DNA of 64,000 nt. Source: Malacoraja senta (lineage: Eukaryota). Both the position numbers and the translations under genes were made by a program. The stretch lies in contig CM075990.1 in the NCBI GenBank assembly GCA_038087875.1, forward strand, positions 15,440,001 to 15,504,000. The letters run 5' to 3'. Positions 1 to 12,499 of the stretch are shown piece by piece (within the stretch, counting starts at the first letter, position 1; each line of letters starts with the position of its first letter). The notes beneath the pieces are model-generated. The model saw only the letters and a list, made by a program, of their open reading frames with translations, was not told where the DNA came from and ran no database searches.

Positions 1-1428
1 TGTGAAAGCGTGCCTTTGTGTGTTACTTGGGGAAAGTCTCGCTGACTTGATATTAAACAAATTTTATTGTCATGTTGGCAATAATATTGCAGTGTTTTTC
101 TTGCCCTGGAGGCCCATAATAATTGATACAATGGGACCGCATACACTCTTTGCCGGGGCTGGCAATGCTTATAGGAGGGCATGTATTCCAGAGAGTGCTA
201 AATCATTTAAAGTGTGGCAAGGTTGTCATAGTTCCACCCCTTCACCCATGCTTTATTTTGGCGGCACTGGGACAAACTGAGGCTGACCTGATGAGGTTCT
301 GCATGAGGACAAAGGTCCTCATTTCTGTTCTAAACTGTGTGCAAGCATTTTAATTTTCATCCGCAATCTATCTGCTGAAGGAAGTCAGGGGGTTAGGCAG
401 TATCTGTGGAGAGAGAGGGATGGGTGACATTTTGGGATGAGTCGCTTTGGCTGGGCTGAAAGAGGAGAGGGCAGATGGCCAGTGTAAAGGGGAGAGGGGA
501 GGGGTGGGACAAGAACTGGTACATGATGGGTCGATCCAGGGGAGGAGCGGTTGTGTGACAGATGGAGACCGGAGGAGAAGGGACGGGTGGGGATAGCGAC
601 TGAGGCCGAGAGGGGAGAGGTGGAGGCAACAAAGGGTGGCAGATGATGGAAAATAACAGCAAAGGAATGTGAGGGGTGGAAGAAAATAAGGAAGGTGGGG
701 GGGGGGCAAATGGGAAGAGAGGGAGACAGTGGTGGGGGTGGGAATATTGACACAAGGGAGGGGACAGTGTGGCATCAGAAGCTCTGTGATAGGGACAGTG
801 TGTCATTGCGGAGAGGGGAAATGGGCCAAGGTTTTGGGGTTGCATGGAGTCAGGATGCCACTATGTGGGAAAGGGGTGGGAGGGTGGGTTTGGAGTATGA
901 ATAGCAAAGGAGAGGACAGGGCTCCACCATGGATGGGAATTAGCAGGGAGTAGGGAAAGGGGCAGGCAATGTTCATGGAAGGTGGGGGTGAGATGGAAAA
1001 GGATTATATTTTTGAATGGGGACATGGATGTGCAGGGAATGGCGGATGTGGATTATGTGCAGTCAGACCAAGAGTTGATCTTGGCATCATGTTCGACACA
1101 GTCATTATGGCCCATGTCCACAATGGAGTAGAGGTGAATTACTCAGTACCCTAGATTATGGAAGGAGCCTGATTACAGAAGGCAAAAAGCTGAGCCTGAG
1201 TCTGGTGGTGCATAATCTCCAGCTTCTTTACATTCTGCTGGGGAGAAGGGCGGACTGGGGGTGGGACAAGTCTTTCATTATGTTTGCTGCTTTTCTGAGG
1301 CAGCGTCAAGTGTAGATGGAGTCAATGGTGGGAAGTCTGTGTAACGGACCGGGTTACATCTACAATGCTCTGTAATTTCTTATTGTCTTAGGCAGAGCTG
1401 TAATGCAACCTAACGGCATGCTTTCTAA

Positions 1429-1747
1429 TGGGCCTGTCCCACTGTACGAGGTAATTCAAGAGCTCTCCCGAGTTAAAAAAAAAAATCAAACTGGTGGTAA
1501 GTACGTAGAATGTACGTTGCGGGTATGTCGGAGCTCGGGGACGTCTCTTAGCGGCTCGTAACGCTAACGGCAGGTACTCGGGAAACGCGGTAAGCTCGGG
1601 AAGACTGGTGAAGATTTTTCAACATGTTGAAAAATGTCCACGAGAGCCCTGAGTACCTACGAGCGGCCATTATCGGAATTCTCCGAGTTCGAATCAGGGC
1701 AAACTCGGGAGAACTCTTGAATGAACTCGTACCGTGGGACAGGGCCA
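1429..1747. mobile_element. MITE, GGGCCTGTCCCAC-terminal family, copy 1
   Basis: TGGGCCTGTCCCAC...GTGGGACAGGGCCA with ~45-bp imperfect inverted arms, TAA on both sides, inserted in an older Rex1-like LINE fragment. Confidence 0.85.
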
Positions 1748-2539
1748 TAAGATGCATCTGTAGCAGTCTAAGCAGTCATTGGAGAAATGCCAAATGTCAT
1801 CAGTCCCCTCAGGAGGTAAAGGTACTGGTGTGGACCAAGTTGCCCATCTAAGTGAGTCCTAGTAATCCTCATTTGCCCCATATCCCTCTACAACATTCCT
1901 ATTCATGTACCTGTCCGAACATCTTTTAAAAATTGTTATTGTACAGGGCTCAGACACCTCCTCTGGAAGCTTGGTCCACATGGACTGGGGAGATTTGGCA
2001 GATGGTCTGGGTGAGGTGGGTAGATGTGAGATGAATTGGGGCAGCAAGAGAGAAGGACATGGTGCAATTGCGGTCTCGAGGCTTGTGTGCACTGCAAGGA
2101 GGAGTTCTGATAGAAACCGGGTTGCTGCCCACGTTACAATATTTATTTCACTTGTTTCCATGACTTCTGTGATCTCGCAGTTCTGAAGCATAAACAAAGA
2201 AATAGATGGGGAGTGAGACAGAAGTAATGATATAGCTAGTTTACTGGCCCTTCAGCCCACAATGTCCATGCTGTACACTATGCCAAATTGTACTAATCTT
2301 GTTTGCCTGGACATAATGCTTATTCCATCTCAATGTTAGTCACTGTGCTTGCTCGAGCCATTGTTTCCACCCCCGGGGTGGCATTGTGGTGTCTCAGCAT
2401 CAGGTCATAGAGTCATACAGTGTGGAAACAGGCCCTTCAGCCCAACTTGCCCATGCCGACCTACATGCCCCATCTACACTGGTCCTACCAGCCTGCATTT
2501 GGCCCATATCCCTCTACGCCTATCCTATCCATGGGGAGA

Positions 2540-3000
2540 TGAGAGATGAGAGACTGGATGGACTCGGCTTCATCTCGCTGGAATTTAGAAGATTGAGGGG
2601 GAATCTTATAGAAACGTACAAAATTCTTAAGGGGTTCGACAGGCTAGATGCAGGAAGATTGTTCCCGATGTTGGGGAAGTCCAGAACAAGGGGTCACAGT
2701 TTAAGGATAAGAGGGAAGTCTTTTAGGACCGAGATGAGAAAAAAAAATTCACTCAGAGTGTGGTGAATCTGTGGAAATCTCTGCCACAGAAAGTAGTTGA
2801 GGCCAGTTCATTGGCTATATTTAAGAGGGAGTTAGATGTGGCCCTTGTGGCTAAAGGGATCAGGGGGGTATCGAGAGAAGGCAGGTACAGGATACTGAGT
2901 TGGACGATCAGCCATGATCATATTGAATGGCGGTGCAGGCTCGAAGGGCCGAATGGCCTACTCCTGCACCTATTTTCTATGTTTCTATGTCTATGTTTCT
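2540..3000 (+). mobile_element. CR1 LINE 3' end
   Basis: ERLDGLGFISLEFRRLRGNLIETYKIL...RTRGHSLRI; (TTTCTATG)n tail. Confidence 0.92.
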
Positions 3001-5018
3001 ATGAATTGGGGACGGTGTAACTACAACTAGAGGCTTGTGTACATTGACCTTTGCAGGGGGCAGTTCTGATAGAAACCAGGTTGTTACCCACGTTGCAATT
3101 GTTAAATATTTCTCTCACTTGTTTCCAGAAGCAGTCTCCAGTGATCTCGCGGTTCTGACGCATAAACAAAGAAATAGATGGTGAGTGAGAGACAGGAGTA
3201 ATGATATAGCTAGTTTACTCTATAACATTTCGAGTGACAATTCAATGCAACATCTTTAATGGATCAATAGTTCTCTTTTGCTCTTGTCTTTAGACAAACA
3301 ATTTACTCAATGTTATTGACAATTAAAATTATGTATGCATTTCATTTACCTCACTTGAATTTTAAACGCAAAAAATTATATTGTGATGTTGTAGATGCAC
3401 TACTTTAAGGTACATTTTTCTCTCTCCCAGTCTAGACAATTGTTCTGCTGGGCAAATATTATAAAGTAGCACGACACAGTGGAATTACAGATTGGATATA
3501 TTTAAGAAGAAAACTGGTTATTTTCCATTTTGTCAAACTATTATGATGGGATGGATCGGGTTTCAAAGGTTTCAAAGGGCTTTTATTGTCACCTGTACCA
3601 ATTAAGGCACAGTGATATGCGAATTTAGTTGTGAAGAAGGATAAAAGGTTGTGTTTTTGGAAGGATTGGGATTAGATTTGTAAATCCCCGACCTGGCCCC
3701 TGTTGAAGTGAGACAATGACTTATTCACAGCCCTGTCAATAAAGCTGCTGCCAGATTAAACAGCTGATCAATCATCTTCAGCTAAATCGATCAGGATTGG
3801 TTCCGCCTGCCTGCACATGCTGTAGGCCAGTTTATTTTCAATCAATCATTTTTAAACCACCTCACAAGTAGGTTTAAAACAAATGATTGATTTGAATTGG
3901 TAACCAACATTTGTGTGGACACCACAAAGTGATCCAGTTTAACTCTTGCAATGAGCCCAATGGAGACGATAACAGAAATTCTCACCCTGTTGAACACTGA
4001 TCGGTGATGGAACATAGAAGTGCTCAGCGCAATAACTGGCCCTTCAGCCCACAATGTCCATGCTGTACACGATGATGCCAAGTTAAACTAATCTACTCTG
4101 CCTGTACGTAATGCTTATTCCACCTCAATGTTAGTCTGCGCTTGCTCGAGCCACTGTTTCTACCCCTGGGTGTCATTGAGGTGTCTCCGCCTCAGGCCAT
4201 AGTCATACAGAGGGGGTAGTTGAGGCAGATACTACCACAACACCCTGTTAGAATGATGGACTTAGATCATCAGGAACCTGATGCAACTTGGTTACTGCCA
4301 GATTTGTCCATTTGAGTCCGTTCCCATCCCGCTGACCTTTTTCACCCTCAACTGCATGAACTTGAATCTAAAAGCAAACCAACGGCAGTCCTGTATCCTG
4401 ATCTTTTGAATATCCATTACATTCATTGCAGGCAGTCCTTTGCTTTCCCAATCCTATTCTCTGGAATTGCCTCCTAATGACTTCCATCCCTTCATCCTCT
4501 TTCATCTAACACACACCTCAACGTTTACCTCTTTAGCCAGACTTTGCTGTCTCTCATATGGCTTGTTTCGGGTCAGGTTGGGGGGGGTTCCCCCCGCCAG
4601 AGGTACCATGTAATCCCGTGCTACCTGCTCCATGGTCAGATAGTCGGAGACTATATCGTCTCCCCCACCTGGTTTGCCAGGAGAGGAGGGAGCTGTGGAC
4701 CCCCAGCAGGACCAAAAACAAAACCTGTCAAGGGGAGGATGAGCTTCTAGCGAGCCAACGGCCATCCACACTTCAATAGAAGTTGTGATCACTGTCATAC
4801 ACGGCATTGTAAGGACTGACGATAAAGCACACACACCAAAATCCTATACTTCCACCGATGATGAATGAATATGGCTTAGTTCATGTTTAAGAAGAAACTG
4901 CAGATGCTGGAAAATCAAAGGTAGACAAAAATGCTGGAGAAACTCAGCGGGTGAGGCAGCATCTATGGAGCGAAGGAAATAGGCAACGTGTCGGGCCGAA
5001 ACCCTTCTTCAGAAAGGT

Positions 5019-5046
5019 CTGAAGAAGGGTTTCGGCCCGAAACGTT
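5019..5046 (+). ncRNA. Minimal type I hammerhead ribozyme core in a PLE terminus
   Basis: CUGAAGA-A-GGGU(UUCG)GCCC-GAAAC-GUU; stem I AGGU/GACU has one mismatch. Confidence 0.6.
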
Positions 5047-5059
5047 GACTATTTCCTTT

Positions 5060-5362
5060 GCTGAGTTGCTGCCTTACAGCGAATGCAGCGCCAGGGACCC
5101 GGGTTCGATCCCGACTACGGGTGCTGTCTGTACGGAGTTTGTACGTTCTCCCCGTGACCTGCGTGGGTTTTCTCAGAGATCTTCGGTTTCGTCCCACACT
5201 CCAACAGGTTTGTAGGTTAATTGGCTTGGTGTAAATGTCAAAATTGTCCCTAGTGGGTGTAGGATAGTGTTAATGTGCGGGGATCGCTGGTCGGCGCGGA
5301 GCCGGTGGGCCGAAGGTCCTGTTTCCGCCCTGTATCTCTAAACTAAACTAAAAACTAAACTA
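5060..5362 (+). mobile_element. HE1-like V-SINE
   Basis: tRNA-like head with B box (GGGTTCGATCCC), V-core GGAGTTTGTACGTTCTCCCCGTGACCTGCGTGGGTTT, CR1-like tail ending in (CTAAA)n. Confidence 0.9.
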
Positions 5363-6960
5363 AGAGCTTAATGGTTTTTGGGAAGAAGCTATCCCTAAAT
5401 CTGGCGATCATGGGTTTCAGGTTCCTGGGCCTTCTTCCCAATGGTAGGAGCGATATGGGAGTGCTGTGGGTCCTTGATGGTATAGGCAGTGGCTGCCTTG
5501 ATGATATAGGCAGCGCCTCCCATAGATCCCTTCGATGGTGGGGATGTCAGTACCCGTGATGGACTGGACAGTGTCTACCACCCTCCTTCATTACTCTGCT
5601 ATAACTCCACTATACCTCACTACACCTCCACATTGGTCTCTCCTCTTCCCAGTTGTTTATTAGCCAAGCGGTTTGAATGTTGTATTACAATGCAATGTCA
5701 GATTGGAAGAGGGGTAGCTGTGGGAATGTTTGCCTTTTCAAGGTCACTGTTAAAATCGACAAGGCTGCAATTGTACCTTCCCTCACTACCAGTTGAACAT
5801 CTGCAATATCTTGTCATACATCATTGTAATTTTGAAAGGGATTTTATTTTTATTGCGGAAATATATTTACAGATGGTCCATCTGCAGAATTAGCCCCAGT
5901 GCACTGAGATTACCGGATGGCATATTTTAAATCCAAGGAACTGACTTGAAATTAACAATTATAACATGGATATTCAGGGCAAATGTGATTGGTTAGGAAC
6001 TGTGCTATACCCAGGAGAAAAAACTCAATTGTCTTCACCAAAGGAACAAATCGTTTTGCCAATTAAACATAATTTATAAAGCAACAAACTTCTAGTGACA
6101 GTTATAATGGTAAATCCGTTCCCACACAAGTGCTCATTGAGAGCAGCTCTTCATCAGAATTAACATTTTGTTTTGGACTGATGGAGTTGTATAGCATGGA
6201 AATAAGGCCCTTCAGCCCACTGAGTCCCCCAAACTATCAAATACATCTGAAGATAGACACAAAATGCTGGAGTAACTCAGCGGGACAGGCAGCATCTCTG
6301 GAGAGAAGGGATGGGTGACGTTTCGGGTCGCGACATCACCCATTCCCTTTCTCCAGAGATGCTGCCTGTCCCGCTGGGTTACTCCAGCATTTTGTGCCTA
6401 TCTCCGGAGTAAAGCAGCATCTGCAGTTTCTTCCTACACATCAAATAAATCTGCGTGCCTTCTCATTCAGTAATGAAATGACCTTAAACAAAATGTAACC
6501 TCGCGGAGTCACAGAGTCATACAGCCCAGAAACAGAGCTCTTCAGCCCACCTATCCTCAATTATACATATACTGCAAGCCAATGTTTGGTCCATAGTTTT
6601 CTGTGCCTTTGCAATTCAAGCGCTCATCTAGATGATTCATAAATATTGCGATTACTAATTGTTTCACAGTAGCAGATGGCTACCATGGTGGATAGAATAA
6701 TCTCCTGTGCTTGAATGAACATGTCACTTTGAAGAGGGGAAAAAATGCCTGTTAAAAATACTCACCGCTGTGATCATCTATTATATGGTGGAATCCCTCA
6801 ACTGTCCACCTGTGGATGTGCTGAGACCCAGTACTAACATCCACCTGTGGGGAATGTTATCTATCTGCAATATTAGCAGGGTGACCCAATAACTGCACCA
6901 AATAAGCAGTCATCGACCAGCCATGAGTCCTGTAGCTCTGCAAAACAAGTCATCCTAATC

Positions 6961-7495
6961 TAAGGAAGGACATTCTTGCCATAGAGGGAGTACAGAGAAG
7001 GTTCACCAGACTGATTCCTGGGATGGCAGGACTTTCATATGAAGAAAGACTGGATGGACTCGGCTTGTACTCGCTAGAATTTAGAAGATTGAGGGGGGAT
7101 CTTATAGAAACTTACAAAATTCTTAAGGGGTTGGACAGGCTAGATGCAGGAAGATTGTTCCCGATGTTGGGGAAGTCCAGAACAAGGGGTCACAGTTTAA
7201 GGATAAGGGGGAAGTCTTTTAGGACCGAGATGAGAAAAAAAAATGTCACACAGAGAGTGGTGAGTCTGTGGAATTCTCTGCCACGGAAAGTAGTTGAGGC
7301 CAGTTCATTGGCTATATTTAAGAGGGAGTTTGATGTGACCCTTGTGGCTAAAGGGATCAGGGGGTATGGAGAGAAGGCAGGTACAGGATACTGAGTTGGA
7401 TGATCAGCCATGATCATATTGAATGGCGGTGCAGGCTCGAAGGGCCGAATGGCCTACTCCTGCACCGATTTTCTATGTTTCTATGTTTCTATGTC
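6961..7495 (+). mobile_element. CR1 LINE 3' end, same subfamily as 2540-3000
   Basis: ORF 7023-7394 LSYEERLDGLGLYSLEFRRLRGDLIETYKIL...QRVVSLWNSLP; (TTTCTATG)n tail. Confidence 0.93.
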
Positions 7496-8222
7496 AGAAT
7501 CTCATTAGATCAAGGGTGCAGTTGGTTGTAGCTTCAGTCAACTTTGTGTTGGATTGTCAAGAATATAGTCAGAGTTGGGATGCAATGAAATATCTGCATC
7601 AGGCATTGGTATCTTTCAAGAAAGAACATCATCTGTTGACTACTGGCATTGCTGCAGAAGTGGGCCTTGTGCTGAGTTTGGGGGTAAGGTCTCCTTATGG
7701 ACAATGTCATGTATGGTCAACTCATCATTAAGGAGGACAGAAAGGGATATGGTGCACGTCTCTGCCCCTAAAAGAGCCCACACAGGCAGAAATATAGAGT
7801 TATACAGCAAGTTTAAGAAACAGTTAGACAGGTACATCGATAGAAGAGGTTTGGAGGGATATGGGCCAAACGCAGGCAGGTGGGACTAGTGTAGCTGGGA
7901 CATGTTGGCCGGTGTGGGCAAGTTGGGCCTGTTTCCACATTCTATCACTCTATGAAACAGGCCATTCAGCCCAACTCACCCATGCTGACCAAAGTGCCTA
8001 TCTGAGCCAGTCCCATTTGCCTGCATTTGGCCCATATTTCTCTAAATCATTCCAATCTATGTACCTGTCCTAATATCTTTTAATTATTAATTTAAAAAAA
8101 CTGAAAATGTATAATTTCCGTCATGTGCAAATGAATTAGGAGCAAGAGTAGGCAACCCAAACCCTCAAGCCTGCGCCGCCACATATTAAGATCAAGACCA
8201 GATGAGTCCCCATCTTCCCATA

Positions 8223-9838
8223 CTGTGGCTTGCAAAAGTTGTCATACCCCTTGAACTTTTCCACATTTTGTCACGTTACAACCACAAACGTAAATGTATT
8301 TTATTGGGATTTTATGTGATAGACCAACACAAAGTGGTGCATAATTGTGAAGTTGAAGGAAAATGATACATGGTTTTCAAATTTTTTTACAAATAAAAAA
8401 CTGAAAAGTGTCGCGTGCAAAAGTATTCAGCCCCCCTGAGTCAATACTTTGTAGAACCACCTTTCGCTGCAATTACAGCTGCAAGTCTTTTGGGGTATGT
8501 CTCTACCAGCTTTGCACATCTAGAGACTGAAATTTTTGCCCATTCTTCTTTGCAAAATAGCTCAAGCTCAGTCAGATTGGATGGGGAGCGTCTGTGAACA
8601 GCAATTTTCAAGTCTTGCCAGAGATTCTCAATTGGATTTAGGTCTGGACTTTGACTGGGCCATTCTAACACATGAATATGCTTTGATCTAAACCATTCCA
8701 TTGTAGCTCTGGCTGTATGTTTAGGGTCGTTGTCCTGCTGGAAGGTGAACCTCCGCCCCAGTCTCAAATCTTTTGCAGACTCTAACAGGTTTTCTTCCAA
8801 GATTGCCCTGTATTTGGCTCCATCCATCTTCCCATCAACTCTGACCAGCTTCCCTGTCCCTGCTGAAGAAAAGCATCCCCACAGCATGATGCTGCCACCA
8901 CCATGTTTCACAGTGGGGATGGTGTGTTCAGGGTGATGTGCAGTGTTAGGTTTCCGCCACACATAGCGTTTTGCCTTTAGGACAAAAACTTCAATTTTGG
9001 TCTCATCTGACCAGAGCACCTTCCTCAACATGTTTGATGTGTTCCCCACATGGCTTGTGGCAAACTGCAAACGGGCCTTCTTATGGCTTTTTTTCAACAA
9101 TGGCTTTCTTCTTGCCACTCTTCAATAAAGGCCCGATTTGTGGAGTGCACGACTAATAGTTGTCCTGTGGACAGATTCTCCCACCTGAGCTGTGGATCTC
9201 TGCAGCTCCTCCAGAGTTACCATGGGCCTCTTGGCTGCTTCTCTGATCAATGCTCTCCTTTCCCGGCCTGTCAGTTTAGGTGGACGGCCATGTCTTGGTA
9301 GGTTTGCAGTTGTGCCATACTCTTTCCATTTTCGGATGATGGATTGAACAGTGCTCCGTGAGATGTTCAAAGCTTGGGATATTTGTTTATAACCTAACCC
9401 TGCTTTAAACTTCTCCACAACTTTATCCCTGACCTGTCTGGTGTGTTCCTTGGGCTTCATGATGCTGTTTGTTCACTAATGTTCTCTAACAAACCTCTGA
9501 GGCCTTCACAGAACAGCTGTATTTATACTGAGATTAGATTACACACAAGTGGACTCTATTTACTAATTAGGTGACTTCTGAAGGCAATTGGTTGCACTGG
9601 ATTTTATTTAGGGGTATCAGAGTAAAGGGGGTTGAATACTTTTGCACGCGACACTTTTCAGTTTTTTATTTGTAAAAAGATTTGAAAACCATGTATCATT
9701 TTCCTTCCACTTCACAATTATGCGCCACTTTGTGTTGGTCTATCACATAAAATCCCAATAAAATACATTTACGTTTGTGGTTGTAACGTGACAAAATGTG
9801 GAAAAGTTCAAGGGGTATGAATACTTTACAAGCCACTG
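8223..9838 (-). mobile_element. Full-length Tc1 DNA transposon (Passport-like, DD34E, IR/DR-type ends), 1616 bp
   Basis: TA on both sides (8221-8222, 9839-9840). Inverted repeats of ~213 bp (8223-~8436, ~9626-9838), each with an outer and inner TGCAAAAGT..TCA..CCCC direct repeat. Transposase inside. Confidence 0.97.
8441..9460 (-). pseudogene. Tc1 transposase, 339 codons, broken by one in-frame TGA at 9122-9124
   Basis: ORFs 9122-9460 and 8441-9118 are in the same frame (GLY*RVARRKP; consensus GLYGRVARRKP). Motifs present: GRPPK AT-hook, WSDETK, FQQDNDPKH, SPDLNPIE, with 34 residues between the second D and E. Confidence 0.95.
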
Positions 9839-10007
9839 TATATCCACGGCAACTTTACCCCTAATTAGTTCTCCATAATACACCCACCTTTGCATTAAAA
9901 ATATTCAGTAGCTGTTCTTCCAACATCTTTTGAAGAATTAACTTTAAAAAAACACAATCTCAGTGGTGAACAGGATGTTTCTGATAAACCAGCATTTTTG
10001 TGATCTG

Positions 10008-10395
10008 ACCATGGGTGTCTCCAGGGTGCTATTCCCTATATGGAGGACACCTCTGCGTGACTTTTTTTTTAACGTGGGGAGACTGGTGCATAGACAGCCA
10101 CCTTGACAGATCTGGGTCAGGATCCAGTGGCATGGAGTCCAAGACGACCGGAGACACTTTTCTGCTGCAGCCTTCATCCGCCTTCCCAGCCGTTGTGACG
10201 CTCCACTAAGGTCAGCCATCATCCTCCGCCTGTTCCACCGTTGAGGTCTTAGTTGGATTGCTCTTTGTCAGAGACCTCCCCCTCGACCGTACCGCCATGG
10301 GTGGCCCTACCAGGAGCATCGCTCCAGACGACATCGCTCTCAGGATCTCAGGACCACACAAGCTTCTCCACCACGACAAGGTGACAATCCACAGA
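10008..10395 (-). mobile_element. RTE-clade (BovB/Expander-like) LINE 5' UTR fragment
   Basis: Minus strand CCTTGTCGTGGTG...TAGGGCCACCCATGGCGG...GGAGGTCTCTGACAAA resembles the conserved RTE 5' block (from memory). Confidence 0.65.
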
Positions 10396-11366
10396 GATAG
10401 TGTTTCGTGATCACTATCCTGCAGACCTGTGGAAAAGCAACCTAATAACTTAACCAATTCCATTGCCTAACCAACCCCTTTGCTATCTCTTTAAACTGTC
10501 TGTCTCCCCTCCAGTCTTTCCATCCAGAGGAAGGGTTTTGACCTGAAACCGACTGTCCATTTCCCTCCACCGATGTTGCCTGACCCTGCCTGGTTTCTCT
10601 GGCTGTTCATTCTTTAGTCCAGACTCCAGCAGCTGCGGTCTCCTGTGTCTCCATTGTCACTGCACTCTTACCACACTTCAGGGAGTATTATGCCTCGCTC
10701 TGGTAAAACGCGGTGATGAATTGGGAGCGTTTCTGAGTATATTCCCTTTTGCCTCTCTTACGGTCCCAGGTATATTGTGTAGTTTGGCCAGTTTAGATAA
10801 CGTGTGTGATTCCCAGCACACAGAGATAAGCAGCAAATCAGATTGGTGCAACAAGCAAATATTATGTTGGAATAATCAATTTTGAGTCTGTTTTTTTTTT
10901 TTTCATTGATGTAGCCTTGAGTTCACAATCAAATCCAACTCCTTTGGCATTACTTAAACTCCTGCTGTGCATCAGAGTGGTGATTCTTATTTAACACTCC
11001 ATAGGCATTGGAGACCAATAGTCTGCTCCACAAGGTGTGGGTATTCAGCATGCTCTCGGCACTTGGCTGAGGATGTTCTTTCCATGAATTTTCAGTGTAC
11101 AGGATTCCATTCTGGCAGAAGCATCACACGTTAGTCTCGTATAAATAAGCAAGTGTCCTGCAGCATTTGAAAGTACCAATTCCGTGTATACATTAGATAG
11201 TTTTGTTAAATGGGATTTCCTTTCAGGATTTGTCCTTAACTTCCTGCACAATAGAGATGAGGTAAATGATGAATTACAAATGGTTAGCTGGCAGCAGAGA
11301 TGCCACATGATGCTCTCTGATGCTTTATGTAATCTCTGCAAGGTTATCAGTTTTAAAGCATTTCCT

Positions 11367-12040
11367 TAGTTTAGTTTAGTTTAGAGATACAGCGTGGAAA
11401 CAGACCCACTGAGTCCACGCGGACCATCAATCACCCGTACACCATTTCTACGTCCGATACATTAGGGGCAATTTACAGAAGCCAATGTCGTCGTCACAGA
11501 CCCCCCCCGTCACCCCTTGCACAATCACCAACATGCCAAGAGACGCTTGAAGAGTAGGAACAGCTTCATGGAACTAGAGCCAACCGTGCCAGGCGCCCAA
11601 ACCAAACAACAGATGGCACCAGGGCACCACCTGTCTCATACTACCTGGAAAGCCCTAAACCGCCTCCGCACTGGAGTGGGACACTGCGGACTCACCCTGA
11701 AGAAGTGGGGCTTCTCGGACTCTGACAAGCGCAACTGTGGAGAGGTACAGACAACGGCCCACCTACTGACTTGCGGCGGAGAGGCATGCACTGCGGACAA
11801 TCTCCGCAGAAGCACAGACGTGGCACTGGCTGTGGCAAAGTGATGGCACAACGTCGTCTGACACATGACCGAATGAGCAGAAGCCAATTAACATACAAAC
11901 CTGCACGTCTTTGGAATGTGGGAGGAAACTCCCACAGGGAGAACATGCAAACTCCGCACAGACAGCACCCGTAGTCAGGATCGAACTCGGGTCTCTGGTG
12001 CTGTGAGGCAGCAGCTCTACCTCTGCGCCACCGTGCCGCC
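11367..12040 (-). mobile_element. HE1-like V-SINE, interrupted
   Basis: Reverse complement of the same family, split by the 11487-11877 insertion. Confidence 0.85.
11487..11877 (+). mobile_element. Ingi/Vingi-like LINE 3' fragment inserted in an HE1-like SINE
   Basis: Target duplication CAGAAGCCAAT (11476-11486, 11878-11888). ORF HPL...RLKSR...WKALNRLRTGVG...KWG...CG..QT..HLLTC with a degenerate zinc knuckle. Clade assigned from recalled motifs. Confidence 0.65.
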
Positions 12041-12499
12041 CTACAATCACTTGCTGAACTGCATTACAGGTATATTATTCTACAGTAATGGATAGAAAGG
12101 TTAACTGCACAAGGAACCTGCTGATGGCTGGATGAACATGTACAACAGCAGGTAAATGATCCTAGAATAATAAGGAAAGAGTATTTATTTAATTTTGAAT
12201 CACAATCAGTCTGTCATGTACCCACGAAGAACTTCAGGTGCCATCCATGTGTTTAGCTGGGCACCAGAGGGTATATTTACCTGGAGACGTACCCTGTGGA
12301 GTTTCTCTCCCTTCAATGATAAACTTCCTCAAAGACTCCATCAGCATTTCAAGATTTCAATATGAGGCAATCTTATGTTCAAATCTGGGCTCCATTGCCC
12401 CTTTTTAAAATATCTTTGTGGATGTTCTGGGCCCCTGTTGAGTCAGAATGCCATGGATTGCCAATGTTGTTTCGTGTTTGCCTGCAAACACACACCTCT

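Noticed and set aside
4555..4838. GC-rich island ending in (CA)n, examined as an HDV-like ribozyme
   Set aside because: I could not build the nested double pseudoknot. It is probably an unclassified short retroelement, but no second copy here supports that.
5060..5130. tRNA-like A/B boxes in several places
   Set aside because: These are SINE heads, not tRNA genes; there is no complete cloverleaf.
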